A program made the position numbers and the translations under genes. A stretch of 34,970 nt of DNA, taken from the NCBI GenBank assembly GCA_001821015.1, contig MHRQ01000012.1:3459-38428 (forward strand). The letters run 5' to 3'. Positions 17,023-27,959 of this stretch are shown here, one piece after another. Numbering within the stretch: position 1 is the first letter of the stretch; each line of letters begins with the position of its first letter. Origin of the DNA: Candidatus Taylorbacteria bacterium RIFCSPHIGHO2_02_FULL_46_13 (GTDB lineage Bacteria; Patescibacteriota; Minisyncoccia; Phycocordibacterales; DSPV01). The notes under the pieces are model-generated. The model did not search any database and had not been told where the DNA came from. It worked only from the letters and a program-made list of their open reading frames with translations.

Positions 17023-17901
17023 ATGCAAGAACGAAATACGCGTTGGACCGTTGTGGGAATTATCGTTATTATCGCCGTGGCGGGTATTTATCTGATGTAT
17101 GGCTCCAGTTCACAGCCGCTTGATTCGTCTGGGCAATCAGCGACTTCAACAGATTTCGTCGCCAATAAACCACCTACCCGTCCTGTCGTGGAGAATTCAA
17201 ATGCCGATACAGGCGTGAGCACGATTATTTCTTCGGAGACTTTCACGTTACGCAATAATATTCAATATACACTGGAGACTTTCAACGTTCGAGACGCCGC
17301 AGGAACTATAGTGGGTGCCGACCAGCGTCTGGTGAGTTCGGTGGCTGGGAAGCGTGTAATGGTTATTTCCAACATCAAACAGGCGGTGCCCGATCTTGGT
17401 AAGATGATTTTGAAAAAATTTACGGTTCGGCAAGACCCTGAACTTATCGTCTTTGTTTCTGTCTCTGCAAACGCGGATGCATCATACGGCGCATTGTATG
17501 AATTTGATTTTCCGACAAAAAAGTTTAGCAAAATGGCCGCGAGCCGTTTTCTGCCCTTCGTCTTAAGTGTTGAGGAGAATCCGACGCTCTTCTCACCTGA
17601 TCGAACGAAATTTCTGAGCATCATAGACCGCACCTTCGCATCGCAGAAAGAGACGAAGTATCTCTACGTGGTGGACCTTGCGACCGATCAGGCCCGCTCC
17701 ATTGCTGATGTGGGAACATCGGAAAGTTTTACGCAGACAATAGGGGCGGGTGATTTCCCGGTAGGGTTTTACCAATGGGGCCCTCCTACCACTATTACCT
17801 ATAGTGTGTTTGATTCAAACAGCCCGCTTGATTTATCCGGAAAATCTTCTCGTGTACCGGTGCAGGTTCGGGTGTTACAACTAAATCCCGACCAGAAGTA
17901 G
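17023..17901 (+). CDS. Membrane-anchored extracytoplasmic hypothetical protein (possibly beta-propeller-like)
   Basis: 292 aa, N-terminal TM, FSPDRTK and LYVVDL motifs. Confidence 0.7.
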   Translation: MQERNTRWTVVGIIVIIAVAGIYLMYGSSSQPLDSSGQSATSTDFVANKPPTRPVVENSNADTGVSTIISSETFTLRNNIQYTLETFNVRDAAGTIVGADQRLVSSVAGKRVMVISNIKQAVPDLGKMILKKFTVRQDPELIVFVSVSANADASYGALYEFDFPTKKFSKMAASRFLPFVLSVEENPTLFSPDRTKFLSIIDRTFASQKETKYLYVVDLATDQARSIADVGTSESFTQTIGAGDFPVGFYQWGPPTTITYSVFDSNSPLDLSGKSSRVPVQVRVLQLNPDQK

Positions 17902-17921
17902 ACTCTAACGCTCCTAGCTCT

Positions 17922-18221
17922 ATGAAAGTATTTGCCGTTATTCTTATCGCCGCTGGCATTGTTTGGTATTTTGGATTCTACTCAAAAGACGCACTATTCC
18001 ACGATTATTCCGTGGACAGCGGTTCATTTCTGGGTAGGAAAAGTTGCCCCAATCTTGTGCCTCATAATCAATATCCTGCAGGTTCGGACCAGTCCCTCGG
18101 TTTCCAATGGGCAGTTACAAACCCATCTTCTTCATGTCCGGCTGAAGTTACCTCATTTGCAGAAGGCTGCCAGGAATTCTTCAAACAACGCCAAGCGTAC
18201 CAAGATTGTGCTAGTCCTTAA
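17922..18221 (+). CDS. Small secreted Cys-containing hypothetical protein
   Basis: 99 aa, N-terminal hydrophobic segment, four Cys. Confidence 0.65.
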   Translation: MKVFAVILIAAGIVWYFGFYSKDALFHDYSVDSGSFLGRKSCPNLVPHNQYPAGSDQSLGFQWAVTNPSSSCPAEVTSFAEGCQEFFKQRQAYQDCASP

Positions 18222-18228
18222 TTAACGT

Positions 18229-18900
18229 ATGACCGATTCGTCCCACACGCAAAAAATAATCTTTGCAATCATCATTGTCCTCGTGGTACTTGTTGTCGGG
18301 ATCATTATATTTTGGCGCTCGCCGGAGACGCTCTACACGAAAGAAAATGGACAGCCCGCAAATCCGGCAGGCACGATAGACATTTCTCCTTCTGCACTCG
18401 CAACGTATTCAAGTGGTCGTTTCGGATTCTCTTTTGCGTATCCAGAGACACTTGTTGTAGGAAAGTCAGAAGAAAATACGATAGGGTGGCGTTCCGATGC
18501 CGTCACCTCCACAGGTACAATTGCAACAAAAATTGTAATTCCGAAGTCTTTCCAGCCGCAGACGAATTTTGGTGAGGCTACGTTTTTGGTTGGTTTCTCG
18601 GCAGAACCAGATGCGATCACCGATTGTTTCAAGGAAGACTTTACGGACGTAGAGGTTGCTTCAATGAATGTTGGTGGGATACCATTTCGTCGTTTCCATT
18701 ATATAGATGCTGCTGCAGGCAATCGCTACGACATCACCAGTTATCGCACAGTGTATAGCGATCGGTGTTATGCGGTTGAGACCGTCATTCATTATGCAAA
18801 CATTGAAAACTATTCACCTGATCAAAACATCAGTGAGTTCAATCAGGCACAAGTCCAAAAGGTTTTGGATACAATGGTAACCTCTTTCAGGTTTAGGTAG
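18229..18900 (+). CDS. Membrane-anchored PsbP-like/hypothetical protein
   Basis: N-terminal TM, YSSGRFGFSFAYP, and C-terminal MVTSFRF. Confidence 0.65.
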   Translation: MTDSSHTQKIIFAIIIVLVVLVVGIIIFWRSPETLYTKENGQPANPAGTIDISPSALATYSSGRFGFSFAYPETLVVGKSEENTIGWRSDAVTSTGTIATKIVIPKSFQPQTNFGEATFLVGFSAEPDAITDCFKEDFTDVEVASMNVGGIPFRRFHYIDAAAGNRYDITSYRTVYSDRCYAVETVIHYANIENYSPDQNISEFNQAQVQKVLDTMVTSFRFR

Positions 18901-18931
18901 TTTAAAAAGGATTATTAATTAACATACCATT

Positions 18932-19345
18932 ATGAGTTTCGCTTTAAATTATTGGGCGGTGCTTGTCGCGGGCGTGGCGAGCATGGTCATCGGTTCTTTT
19001 TGGTACGGGCCACTGTTTGGAAAGATCTGGGTTCCTCTGATGGGATTTAGCCAGGAGCAGATGAAAGCGGCGCAGGCAAAGGGAATGGCGAAGTCGTACG
19101 CGCTGGCTCTTGTCGGTGGGCTCGTTACTGCGGCTGTGATTGCAATTTTGGTGAGCAAGCTTGGTATCACGGACGTGCAAGGGGCAGGCAAGTTGGTGTT
19201 TACGCTTTGGGTTGGTTTTATTGCTACCACACTCCTCTCAACAGTTCTCTGGGAGAACCGCCCGTGGAAGCTCTATTTCATCAACATCTTCTACTACCTC
19301 GTACTCTTCTTTGTGCAGGCGGTAATTCTGACGTATTGGGTCTAG
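18932..19345 (+). CDS. DUF1761-family membrane protein
   Basis: NYWAVLVA...IGSFWYGPLFGKIW; four TM helices. Confidence 0.82.
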   Translation: MSFALNYWAVLVAGVASMVIGSFWYGPLFGKIWVPLMGFSQEQMKAAQAKGMAKSYALALVGGLVTAAVIAILVSKLGITDVQGAGKLVFTLWVGFIATTLLSTVLWENRPWKLYFINIFYYLVLFFVQAVILTYWV

Positions 19346-19513
19346 GTGAACGTAAATCTATAAAAAAGCAAAAAACCCTTATAAATAATGGTTTTTTGTT
19401 ATATAAGGGAGGATGTGATTGGCGTATTGAAATTTTAATGCGCCAGCACTACTTTCCAGTAGTTTTTCAGTTCTCTATAAGTTCAACAATCAAAAAAATG
19501 AAAGGGGGTAGTT

Positions 19514-19798
19514 ATGACAGAGTTGCTTAACTTTGAGGGTCAATTATTAGAAGACTTGACTCCAGTTGTCAGTCGTTTGGTCTCACAAGAACGTGCTAAA
19601 GGTGCCCGTCTCTTTCTAGACGAGAGTGGAACCTCCATTGTCATCAAGGCGGGTTCAAAAAAAGAAAGTTCTCTTTTGTCTCGTTCTATCAAATCTCGTG
19701 GCATGGGAGTTGCTGAGGATCATTTCGCTCATGCCGATGGTGCTCCAAGTGATGGCTTGGCATGGAGATATGCAGATGATTCTGGAGTGGTTGCCTAA
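19514..19798 (+). CDS. Hypothetical protein
   Basis: 94-aa ORF preceded by the SD-like AAAGGGGG and followed by hairpin AGGGCCGCA/TGTGGCCCT plus T-run (~19843-19873). Confidence 0.55.
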   Translation: MTELLNFEGQLLEDLTPVVSRLVSQERAKGARLFLDESGTSIVIKAGSKKESSLLSRSIKSRGMGVAEDHFAHADGAPSDGLAWRYADDSGVVA

Positions 19799-19965
19799 AA
19801 GACACGACGACTACCGCTCGCGAGAGAAATTGTCGATGGGTTAGGGCCGCAATGATTCACTGTGGCCCTTTTTAGTTGTGTCTTAGTTTAAAGCAGAGAT
19901 TTTTGCACATACATTAACTCTCCGCTATAGCGTAAAGTTAGTGTATGTGGGGGGGGGGCAGTCTA

Positions 19966-21102
19966 CTAGCCAAACGTGAAGGTATACGCATCTAAGCCGG
20001 GGGATTCAATCTGAAGTTCAAGCGTGTGTTGGCCCCACGCAGAATCTTCTACGAGGCGATAGAGACGGTTTTCTTGGATGGTCACATAGCCGTTTGCGTC
20101 CACATCTTTGCCGCGCATATTGGCGGGGAGCACTTCACCATCAAGCATCACTTTTGCGCGTAACGGTTTGTCAGCACTTGCAACAATAAATACTTTTTGT
20201 GCAGAATAGGGAAGAAGGATGCGCGCCTCGGCAGTTGAATTCGTGCTGTATTCTCTGGTTATATTCCACGTGCCTCCAAGATACAACAAATTAGGTAGAG
20301 GATTTGTCGGGATTGTAAGTGTCTGTGGTCCCTCAGTTGATTGTTTACCGTTTGCAAAGGATTCATTACGGAAAGCGCCAAAATAAATTTCAGCCGTGCG
20401 AGGTTTTGAAGCATCCACTTCCTCTCCTCTGACGGTTATTTGATCACGTGCGGTGGGCACTGTTTCTCCCAAGCGCTTAGCGCGCTCGGCTAAAAGCTCC
20501 TGAATTTTCTTTTCGGTCTGGTCGTACGCGCCTTCACCGATATGATCATCCACAATAAAGCCGTCTATGTCTATAAGAAAATGATGCGGCCAGTAGCGAT
20601 TGTTGTACGCGTGCCACGTGCCATAGTCGTTGTCTTGAACGACTGGATAGGTAACACCATATTCTTGTGTAGCTTTGACGACATTGTCCTTTACTTTTTC
20701 AAATTCAAATTCAGGTGTATGAATGCCGACAATTTCAAATCCCATATTTTTGTATTTTGCATACCAGCTGGTCAGGTAGGGAAGTGTTCGCAGGCAGTTG
20801 ATGCAGGAGTATGTCCAGAAATCAACCATTATCACTTTTTTACCTACGAGAGACCTGATCGTTATAGGCATATCATTGGTATTCACAAAACCTGAAGGAT
20901 TCGCAATTTCTATATATTTTTTGTATTTAAGAGCTTTCATGGCGATTTCGGATGCCGTTGCTGGGCTGATATTTTCCTCCTGTGGAGTAGGTGCGGTATT
21001 TACTCCAGTCGGACGGACCTTGCCTGATTCAAGAAAGACAATGGCGCCGATAATGCCGCCAATTACCAGGACCAACAGAATGTTGCGTGCAAGGCTTGTC
21101 AT
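19966..21102 (-). CDS. Membrane-anchored TlpA/DipZ-like thioredoxin (redoxin + DipZ C-terminal domain)
   Basis: DFWTYSCINC, IHTPEFEFEK, NRYWP, HIGEG and C-terminal YTFTFG motifs. Confidence 0.9.
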   Translation of the reverse strand: MTSLARNILLVLVIGGIIGAIVFLESGKVRPTGVNTAPTPQEENISPATASEIAMKALKYKKYIEIANPSGFVNTNDMPITIRSLVGKKVIMVDFWTYSCINCLRTLPYLTSWYAKYKNMGFEIVGIHTPEFEFEKVKDNVVKATQEYGVTYPVVQDNDYGTWHAYNNRYWPHHFLIDIDGFIVDDHIGEGAYDQTEKKIQELLAERAKRLGETVPTARDQITVRGEEVDASKPRTAEIYFGAFRNESFANGKQSTEGPQTLTIPTNPLPNLLYLGGTWNITREYSTNSTAEARILLPYSAQKVFIVASADKPLRAKVMLDGEVLPANMRGKDVDANGYVTIQENRLYRLVEDSAWGQHTLELQIESPGLDAYTFTFG

Positions 21103-21812
21103 TAGCGTGAAAGAAGAAGGCTATTCAGTAAGCTAAAACTTGCAATGCGTGCGAGGTCTCCGGTAAAAACAAGAATACCGATTACAATCAGAAGAATACC
21201 AAACACAATATTGATGTATTTCACGATGGGTGCAAAACGGTTAAGAAAATTAGATGCTTCGCCCGCAAAGATCCCCACGATAAGAAATGGAATACCGAGG
21301 CCGAGTGCATACGTCAGGAGCAAGGTAAAGGCAGAGCCGGGTTGCGTTGCTGCAAGGCCAAGTATTGCGCCCAGTGCCGCTCCGACGCAGGGTGTCCAGC
21401 CGGCCGCGAATGCTGTGCCAAAGACGAATGACGTGACGTGTCGCGAGGAGAATTTTTTCATCACGCGAAATTTATGGTCGCGCTCAAGGAAGGATACATG
21501 GATGAGCCCAGTCACATAGAGACCGAAGAAAATGATAATTGCGCCACCGACACGTGAGGCCCACATTTGCACGCTGTATGCAACATTCGCTAGGGAAGTG
21601 TTAAGGAGGACCCCCAGTAGTGCAAAGACTACTGAAAAGCCGAGTACAAAAAACAGTGCACTTAAAAACGTATCTTTCCGTTTGACCGGTGCGCCTCCGG
21701 CAGAAGATCCTGCAAGGTAAGCAAGAAATCCCGGAATAATGGGAAGTACGCAAGGAGAAAGAAACGATACAAGTCCTGCGATAAAGGCGACTGTGATTGA
21801 GAGTCCATTCAT
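21102..21812 (-). CDS. ccdA: CcdA thiol-disulfide transmembrane electron transporter
   Basis: SFLSPCVLP, GWTPCVG and YALGLGIPF motifs. Confidence 0.92.
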   Translation of the reverse strand: MNGLSITVAFIAGLVSFLSPCVLPIIPGFLAYLAGSSAGGAPVKRKDTFLSALFFVLGFSVVFALLGVLLNTSLANVAYSVQMWASRVGGAIIIFFGLYVTGLIHVSFLERDHKFRVMKKFSSRHVTSFVFGTAFAAGWTPCVGAALGAILGLAATQPGSAFTLLLTYALGLGIPFLIVGIFAGEASNFLNRFAPIVKYINIVFGILLIVIGILVFTGDLARIASFSLLNSLLLSR

Positions 21813-21820
21813 AGATTGCT

Positions 21821-21836
21821 CTATAGTATACTATAG
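21821..21836. promoter_or_regulatory. Palindromic double -10 element (putative bidirectional promoter)
   Basis: CTATAGTATACTATAG carries TATACT on both strands within a 29-nt divergent gap. Confidence 0.65.
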
Positions 21837-21841
21837 CTAAT

Positions 21842-22399
21842 ATGCAGTCCGAAAATTCTAAATTAGAAACAGCAGTATTTGGTGGGGGATGTTTTTGGTG
21901 TACTGAGGCGGTTTTTCAAATGCTCAAGGGGGTGGCATCAGTTATGCCAGGATATGCCGGTGGAACAAAGGAAAGCCCGACTTATGAGGAAGTATCTGGT
22001 GGGGCAACGGGGTACATAGAAGTGATAGAAATAAAGTATGATCCCACAGTCATTTCATTTGATGATTTGCTCGCAGTCTTTTTCAACCTCCATGATCCGA
22101 CTACTCTCAATCAGCAGGGAAATGATGTTGGCACACAATATCGCTCCGCTATTTTTTACACAACAGAGGCACAGAAACACTCTGCAGAGAAATTGATAAA
22201 AGAATTATCTGACGGGAAAGCATATGACAAGCCAATTGTTACGGAAGTGAAGCCCTTAGAGGCCTTTTATAAAGCGGAGGCGTATCACAAGGATTATTAC
22301 AAGCGCAATTCCGATGCCCCCTACTGCGAAATCGTTATTGCCCCGAAACTTGAGAAATTACAACGGAAATTTAGTGAGTTGTTGAATGAATCAAAATAG
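21842..22399 (+). CDS. msrA: Peptide-methionine (S)-sulfoxide reductase
   Basis: GGGCFWC, GYAGG, HDPT, QGNDVGTQYRS and AEAYHKDYY motifs. Confidence 0.96.
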   Translation: MQSENSKLETAVFGGGCFWCTEAVFQMLKGVASVMPGYAGGTKESPTYEEVSGGATGYIEVIEIKYDPTVISFDDLLAVFFNLHDPTTLNQQGNDVGTQYRSAIFYTTEAQKHSAEKLIKELSDGKAYDKPIVTEVKPLEAFYKAEAYHKDYYKRNSDAPYCEIVIAPKLEKLQRKFSELLNESK

Positions 22400-22464
22400 A
22401 GGTCACGTTTGAAGTCAAATTGCCACTGGTTTATAATAATGGCTTAACACTTAAAACTCATTTT

Positions 22465-22947
22465 ATGTCAAAAAATGCAATCGTTACTATTGTTGTCTTG
22501 ATTGTCCTCGTTATGTTTGGTTGGTTTTTGTTCTCTGGCAAACAAGCCGTTGCCCCTGTAGAAACAAACCAGGAGGTGGTGACAACACCTATGCCTGCCT
22601 CAAGTTCTACACCGGCGACATCGGAAATGATAAAGACGGAAATGATCACTTATACTGACGATGGATTCTCTCCATCGTTGGTAACCATAAAAGTTGGTGA
22701 TACGGTTGAATTTAAGAACGCAAGCTCGGTTGATTTCTGGCCAGCTTCTGCTATGCATCCTACACACACCGTCTATCCTGGTTCAGATATAAAGAAGTGT
22801 GACACATCAGCTGAGGCGGGGATCTTTGACGCGTGCAAGAACTATGCCCCCGGGGCTTCATGGTCATTTACGTTTACTAATAAAGGAACGTGGGCCTATC
22901 ACAATCACCTCAACTCCCGACAGTTTGGAAAGATTACCGTAGAATAG
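22465..22947 (+). CDS. Membrane-anchored cupredoxin-fold protein
   Basis: GFSP..VTIKVGDTVEFKN, HPTH, and SFTF..KGTWAYHNH motifs. Confidence 0.8.
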   Translation: MSKNAIVTIVVLIVLVMFGWFLFSGKQAVAPVETNQEVVTTPMPASSSTPATSEMIKTEMITYTDDGFSPSLVTIKVGDTVEFKNASSVDFWPASAMHPTHTVYPGSDIKKCDTSAEAGIFDACKNYAPGASWSFTFTNKGTWAYHNHLNSRQFGKITVE

Positions 22948-22955
22948 AAACGACC

Positions 22956-23336
22956 GTGAATGAACGCACCCATTTGGTCTCGTTTCTCTTGCGCGTTGGT
23001 ATCGCGGTCGTATTTCTCTATGCCGCGATCGCTTCTTTCCTTGAACCAACGTCTTGGATCGGATATCTTCCCGGCTTCATGAGTGCGCAGAAAGTTGTCC
23101 CGGTTACCACCATTCTCTCGGCATTCTCGTTGTATCAACTTCTGCTCGCTGGCTGGGTCCTCTCAGGAAAAAAGACATTGTGGGCGGGACTCCTTGCCGC
23201 CGCGACCTTAGGCGCCATTATTATCACTAACATCAATCAACTAGACATCGTATTTCGCGATGTAGCTATCTTCTTTGCGGCGCTTGCGCTTTGCGCTCTT
23301 CACTATAAAGGTGATTTGCCTGCAAGAACCTTATAG
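22956..23336 (+). CDS. DoxX-like membrane protein
   Basis: LLRVGIAVVFLYAA...VFRDVAI; GTG start at 22956. Confidence 0.75.
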   Translation: MNERTHLVSFLLRVGIAVVFLYAAIASFLEPTSWIGYLPGFMSAQKVVPVTTILSAFSLYQLLLAGWVLSGKKTLWAGLLAAATLGAIIITNINQLDIVFRDVAIFFAALALCALHYKGDLPARTL

Positions 23337-23348
23337 GGTTTTTCTCAG

Positions 23349-23759
23349 ATGAGTTTCCTCGCCACATTTTTGGCCCTGTCCGTGCTTGGCAGCGTTAATG
23401 CGGGCTACATACTGGTCAAGCACCACCGAGAAGAACAGCTGGTCTGCCCCATCAATCATGATTGCACTATAGTAACCAAAAGTCGTTGGGCAGATATGCT
23501 TGGCATCCGCAATGAAGCACTCGGCGTCATTTTTTTCGGCCTTCTTTTTATTGCGACTCTGCTACTTCTGTATTATCCACCGTGGGCTCTGCTTATAAGC
23601 AAACTCCTCTTTGTTACGGCTCTCGTTGGTTTCCTGTATTCTCTGTTCCTGCTCTATCTTCAGGCCTTTGTAATAAAAAACTTCTGCTTGTATTGCATTG
23701 CGTCAGCATTTATTGCAACTCTGCTTTTCATTAACAGCTTTGCACTTCTAACGGGATGA
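23349..23759 (+). CDS. Vitamin K epoxide reductase (VKOR) family protein
   Basis: C-x5-C...SRWA..LGI; C-terminal FCLYC. Confidence 0.9.
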   Translation: MSFLATFLALSVLGSVNAGYILVKHHREEQLVCPINHDCTIVTKSRWADMLGIRNEALGVIFFGLLFIATLLLLYYPPWALLISKLLFVTALVGFLYSLFLLYLQAFVIKNFCLYCIASAFIATLLFINSFALLTG

Positions 23760-24088
23760 GTAAATTATCTAGCGAGCGTTGTATTCCCTGTGAGCGTGGT
23801 ACGCCACCGCTGACAGAAGCAGAAGTGACGCGGTACCTTAGTGAACTTAAGGGAGGATGGAAACTGGTAGATAACAAACTCTCCAAAGAGTTTACCTTCA
23901 GAGATTTTCGCGAGGCTATTAACTTTGTAAATCGTGTGGCGGATACAGCAGAGGCCGAATGGCATCACCCCGATATCTATATTTATTTTAATAAAGTAAA
24001 GATTGAGCTCTATACGCACTCAATCAATGGTCTTTCAAAAAATGATTTTGTGTTGGCGACAAAGATAGAAGAATTGTCGGTCTCATAA
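23756..24088 (+). CDS. phhB: Pterin-4-alpha-carbinolamine dehydratase
   Basis: CIPC, F.F.DF..A..F, AE...HHPDI and THSINGLSKNDF motifs. Confidence 0.92.
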   Translation: MSKLSSERCIPCERGTPPLTEAEVTRYLSELKGGWKLVDNKLSKEFTFRDFREAINFVNRVADTAEAEWHHPDIYIYFNKVKIELYTHSINGLSKNDFVLATKIEELSVS

Positions 24089-24111
24089 AGGATTCAGTAA
24101 GTGAAAAAAAG

Positions 24112-24140
24112 AAAAGCCGTCTGATAATCAGGCGGCTTTT
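24112..24140. terminator. Bidirectional terminator
   Basis: AAAAGCCGTCTGAT-a-ATCAGGCGGCTTTT between convergent genes. Confidence 0.75.
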
Positions 24141-24403
24141 GCGCTTTCTATTCCGTTTTGAGGCGGTTCTAGGCTGTCGGCTGGGAGTTCGTTAAAGAAC
24201 GCGGACTCGTACTCAAAGTGTTGTTTGCCTTTGAATCGGAGCACGTATCCTCCTTCACGTAGCGCCACGCACCTTGTGATAATCAACAGTGTGCCTTCTG
24301 TGATGAGACCTTTCGTGTCGTTGACACTTCTACTTCCACGGCGATAGATCGGTGTGAATTTCGGCACAACTATTGCGCCTACTTCAAATGATGGCTGTGA
24401 CAT
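24128..24403 (-). CDS. Hypothetical protein (91 aa)
   Basis: The internal ATG (MSQPSFEVG) avoids overlap with atpC; SD-like AAAGG upstream. Confidence 0.5.
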   Translation of the reverse strand: MSQPSFEVGAIVVPKFTPIYRRGSRSVNDTKGLITEGTLLIITRCVALREGGYVLRFKGKQHFEYESAFFNELPADSLEPPQNGIESAKAA

Positions 24404-24530
24404 AGTATGCCTTTCTAGTCCACATCTTACGCAGAGTTTCCACGACGTCAACCCGCTTACGCTAACAAAATGCGGCCGCATTTTATTAGCGTATGCAGGT
24501 AATTGAAAAGAAGCTGAATTTGTAGCGTGC

Positions 24531-24764
24531 TTAATCTGCAAGCACGATAAGACGTGCGCCATCGGTGTACGCAAAACCTCCTTCAATTTCAAAATTTTTC
24601 TTTTCTTCTCCATCTCCTACAGCCACTACTCCTTTACGAAGTGCGGTAACCAGCGGCTCGTGGTGGGGAAGTACGCCAATCTCACCATCTTGGGATGGCA
24701 AAATCACGGAGTTGGTTTCTCCTTCAAACAGAGTTTTATCTAGAGAATAAATGTACAAATGCAT
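24531..24764 (-). CDS. atpC: ATP synthase epsilon subunit (N-terminal domain only)
   Basis: LP...GEIGVLPHHEPLVTAL..G...GGF...VLAD; follows atpD. Confidence 0.9.
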   Translation of the reverse strand: MHLYIYSLDKTLFEGETNSVILPSQDGEIGVLPHHEPLVTALRKGVVAVGDGEEKKNFEIEGGFAYTDGARLIVLAD

Positions 24765-24780
24765 AGCAGCGAAAAATTAA

Positions 24781-26624
<1,844 letters not shown>

Positions 26625-26628
26625 GGAT

Positions 26629-27600
26629 TTACTGTGAAAGTGCCTCTCTACCGGCAGTAATTTCTGATAACTCCTTCGTAATCGCCGCTTGGCGGTTCTT
26701 ATTAAATTGGATATTGAGCGCCTCTGCAAGCTCCGCAGCATTATCCGATGCATTTTTCATGGCAATCATACGCGAGGAATGCTCGGAAGCATTCGCTTCA
26801 AGTATTGCGTGATAGACTTCCACGGCTAAAAATTTTGGAAGCAATCGCTCTAGCACATCCTTCGGGGAGGGTTCAAACTTAAGCACACCTTCTTTAACCC
26901 CAGCAAGTTCCATTGAGCGCGGTATGTTCGCGTAGCGCCCTTCAAGCGGGACAATTGAATCAACAATGGATTGGAGCGATTCTTCGGAGAAGGGAAGGAT
27001 GCTTCTGACAACGACTTCCTGTTTGAGTGCGGAGATAAAATTTGTGTAGACGAGTGTCACTTCATCGGTCTTCTTCTCCCCAAAAAGTTTTAATAGAAAA
27101 TCTGAAATTTTACGCGTTTCGTCAATTGCCCCGAAATCACCGGCGCCGAGAAATTCTCCGAGGATTGTGCGTCCACGCCGTGCAAAGTAGTCGCGCCCCT
27201 TCTTGCCAATCGCCACAATACTAACCTTTACTCCAGTATCAGACATTCTGATATTCTGCAGAATATCAGAATGTTCTAATTGGGAAATGAGTTTTTCCGC
27301 TTGCTTGATGACATTAGTATTAAACGAGCCTGCAAGTCCTTTATCGGAAGTGATGACCACCAGACACGAGTTTTTCACGGGGCGCTTTTGTACAAGCGGT
27401 GAGGCCGCGAGCGTTTGATCAGAACTCGCCCTGATTGCGCGTAATATTGAGAACGCAGTAAGCGCGTACGGCCGCGTCGCAATGGCAACGGCTTGGCTTT
27501 TGCGCATTTTGACCGCAGAGACAGCTTCCATCGCCCGCGTGATTTGGCGGATGTTTTTGGTGGAACGTATTCTGTTTTTTAATGCGCGTGAGCCTGCCAT
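26629..27600 (-). CDS. atpG: ATP synthase gamma subunit
   Basis: QITRAM, SDKGLAGSFN, ASEHSSRMIAM and RQAAITKELSEI motifs. Confidence 0.97.
   Translation of the reverse strand: MAGSRALKNRIRSTKNIRQITRAMEAVSAVKMRKSQAVAIATRPYALTAFSILRAIRASSDQTLAASPLVQKRPVKNSCLVVITSDKGLAGSFNTNVIKQAEKLISQLEHSDILQNIRMSDTGVKVSIVAIGKKGRDYFARRGRTILGEFLGAGDFGAIDETRKISDFLLKLFGEKKTDEVTLVYTNFISALKQEVVVRSILPFSEESLQSIVDSIVPLEGRYANIPRSMELAGVKEGVLKFEPSPKDVLERLLPKFLAVEVYHAILEANASEHSSRMIAMKNASDNAAELAEALNIQFNKNRQAAITKELSEITAGREALSQ
27243..27274. repeat. Perfect 32-bp palindrome inside atpG
   Basis: ACATTCTGATATTCTGCAGAATATCAGAATGT; encodes HSDILQNIRM. Confidence 0.95.
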
Positions 27601-27638
27601 GACAATAATTTAAAATTAAAAAATCAAAATGAAAAATA

Positions 27639-27917
27639 TTATATATTCTCAACGGAATTTCTGTTTCTGAATTTGCCGTAGAGCCAGCCAATGAAAATTC
27701 CTCCTACAATAAAAGCCAACAAGAATAAAAGAGAAAGTTTAGACGGTGTTCCCCCACCAATCATCACAGCGAAATTTCTTTGAAACGCGTCAAATCCGTA
27801 TAAAGGTAGACACTCTCCCAGACATTTCACTGGAGCGAAAAGTAACAGAATTCCCAACAATAATCCTGTTAATAAGCCATTAAGTCCTCCTCTCAGCCAG
27901 TATCTTTTCGTGGTCAT
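27639..27917 (-). CDS. Small two-TM protein inserted between atpA and atpG
   Basis: MTTKRYWLRGG...IGWLYGKF; flanked by AT-rich inverted repeats. Confidence 0.7.
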   Translation of the reverse strand: MTTKRYWLRGGLNGLLTGLLLGILLLFAPVKCLGECLPLYGFDAFQRNFAVMIGGGTPSKLSLLFLLAFIVGGIFIGWLYGKFRNRNSVENI

Positions 27918-27959
27918 TTTTAATTTTAAATTGTCATTTTGCATTTTGAGATTTGCATT

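Noticed and set aside
16859..17095. 78-aa ORF
   Set aside because: It starts inside the repeat remnant, crosses a TTGACA-containing region and overlaps the next gene.
19949..19958. G10 tract as a phase-variation switch
   Set aside because: It lies downstream of two convergent stops next to a hairpin, not in a CDS or promoter.
24404..24613. Long versions of ORFs 24128..24613, 26154..26753 and 27639..27944
   Set aside because: The extensions overlap atp genes or AT-rich repeats; internal ATGs fit the gene spacing better.
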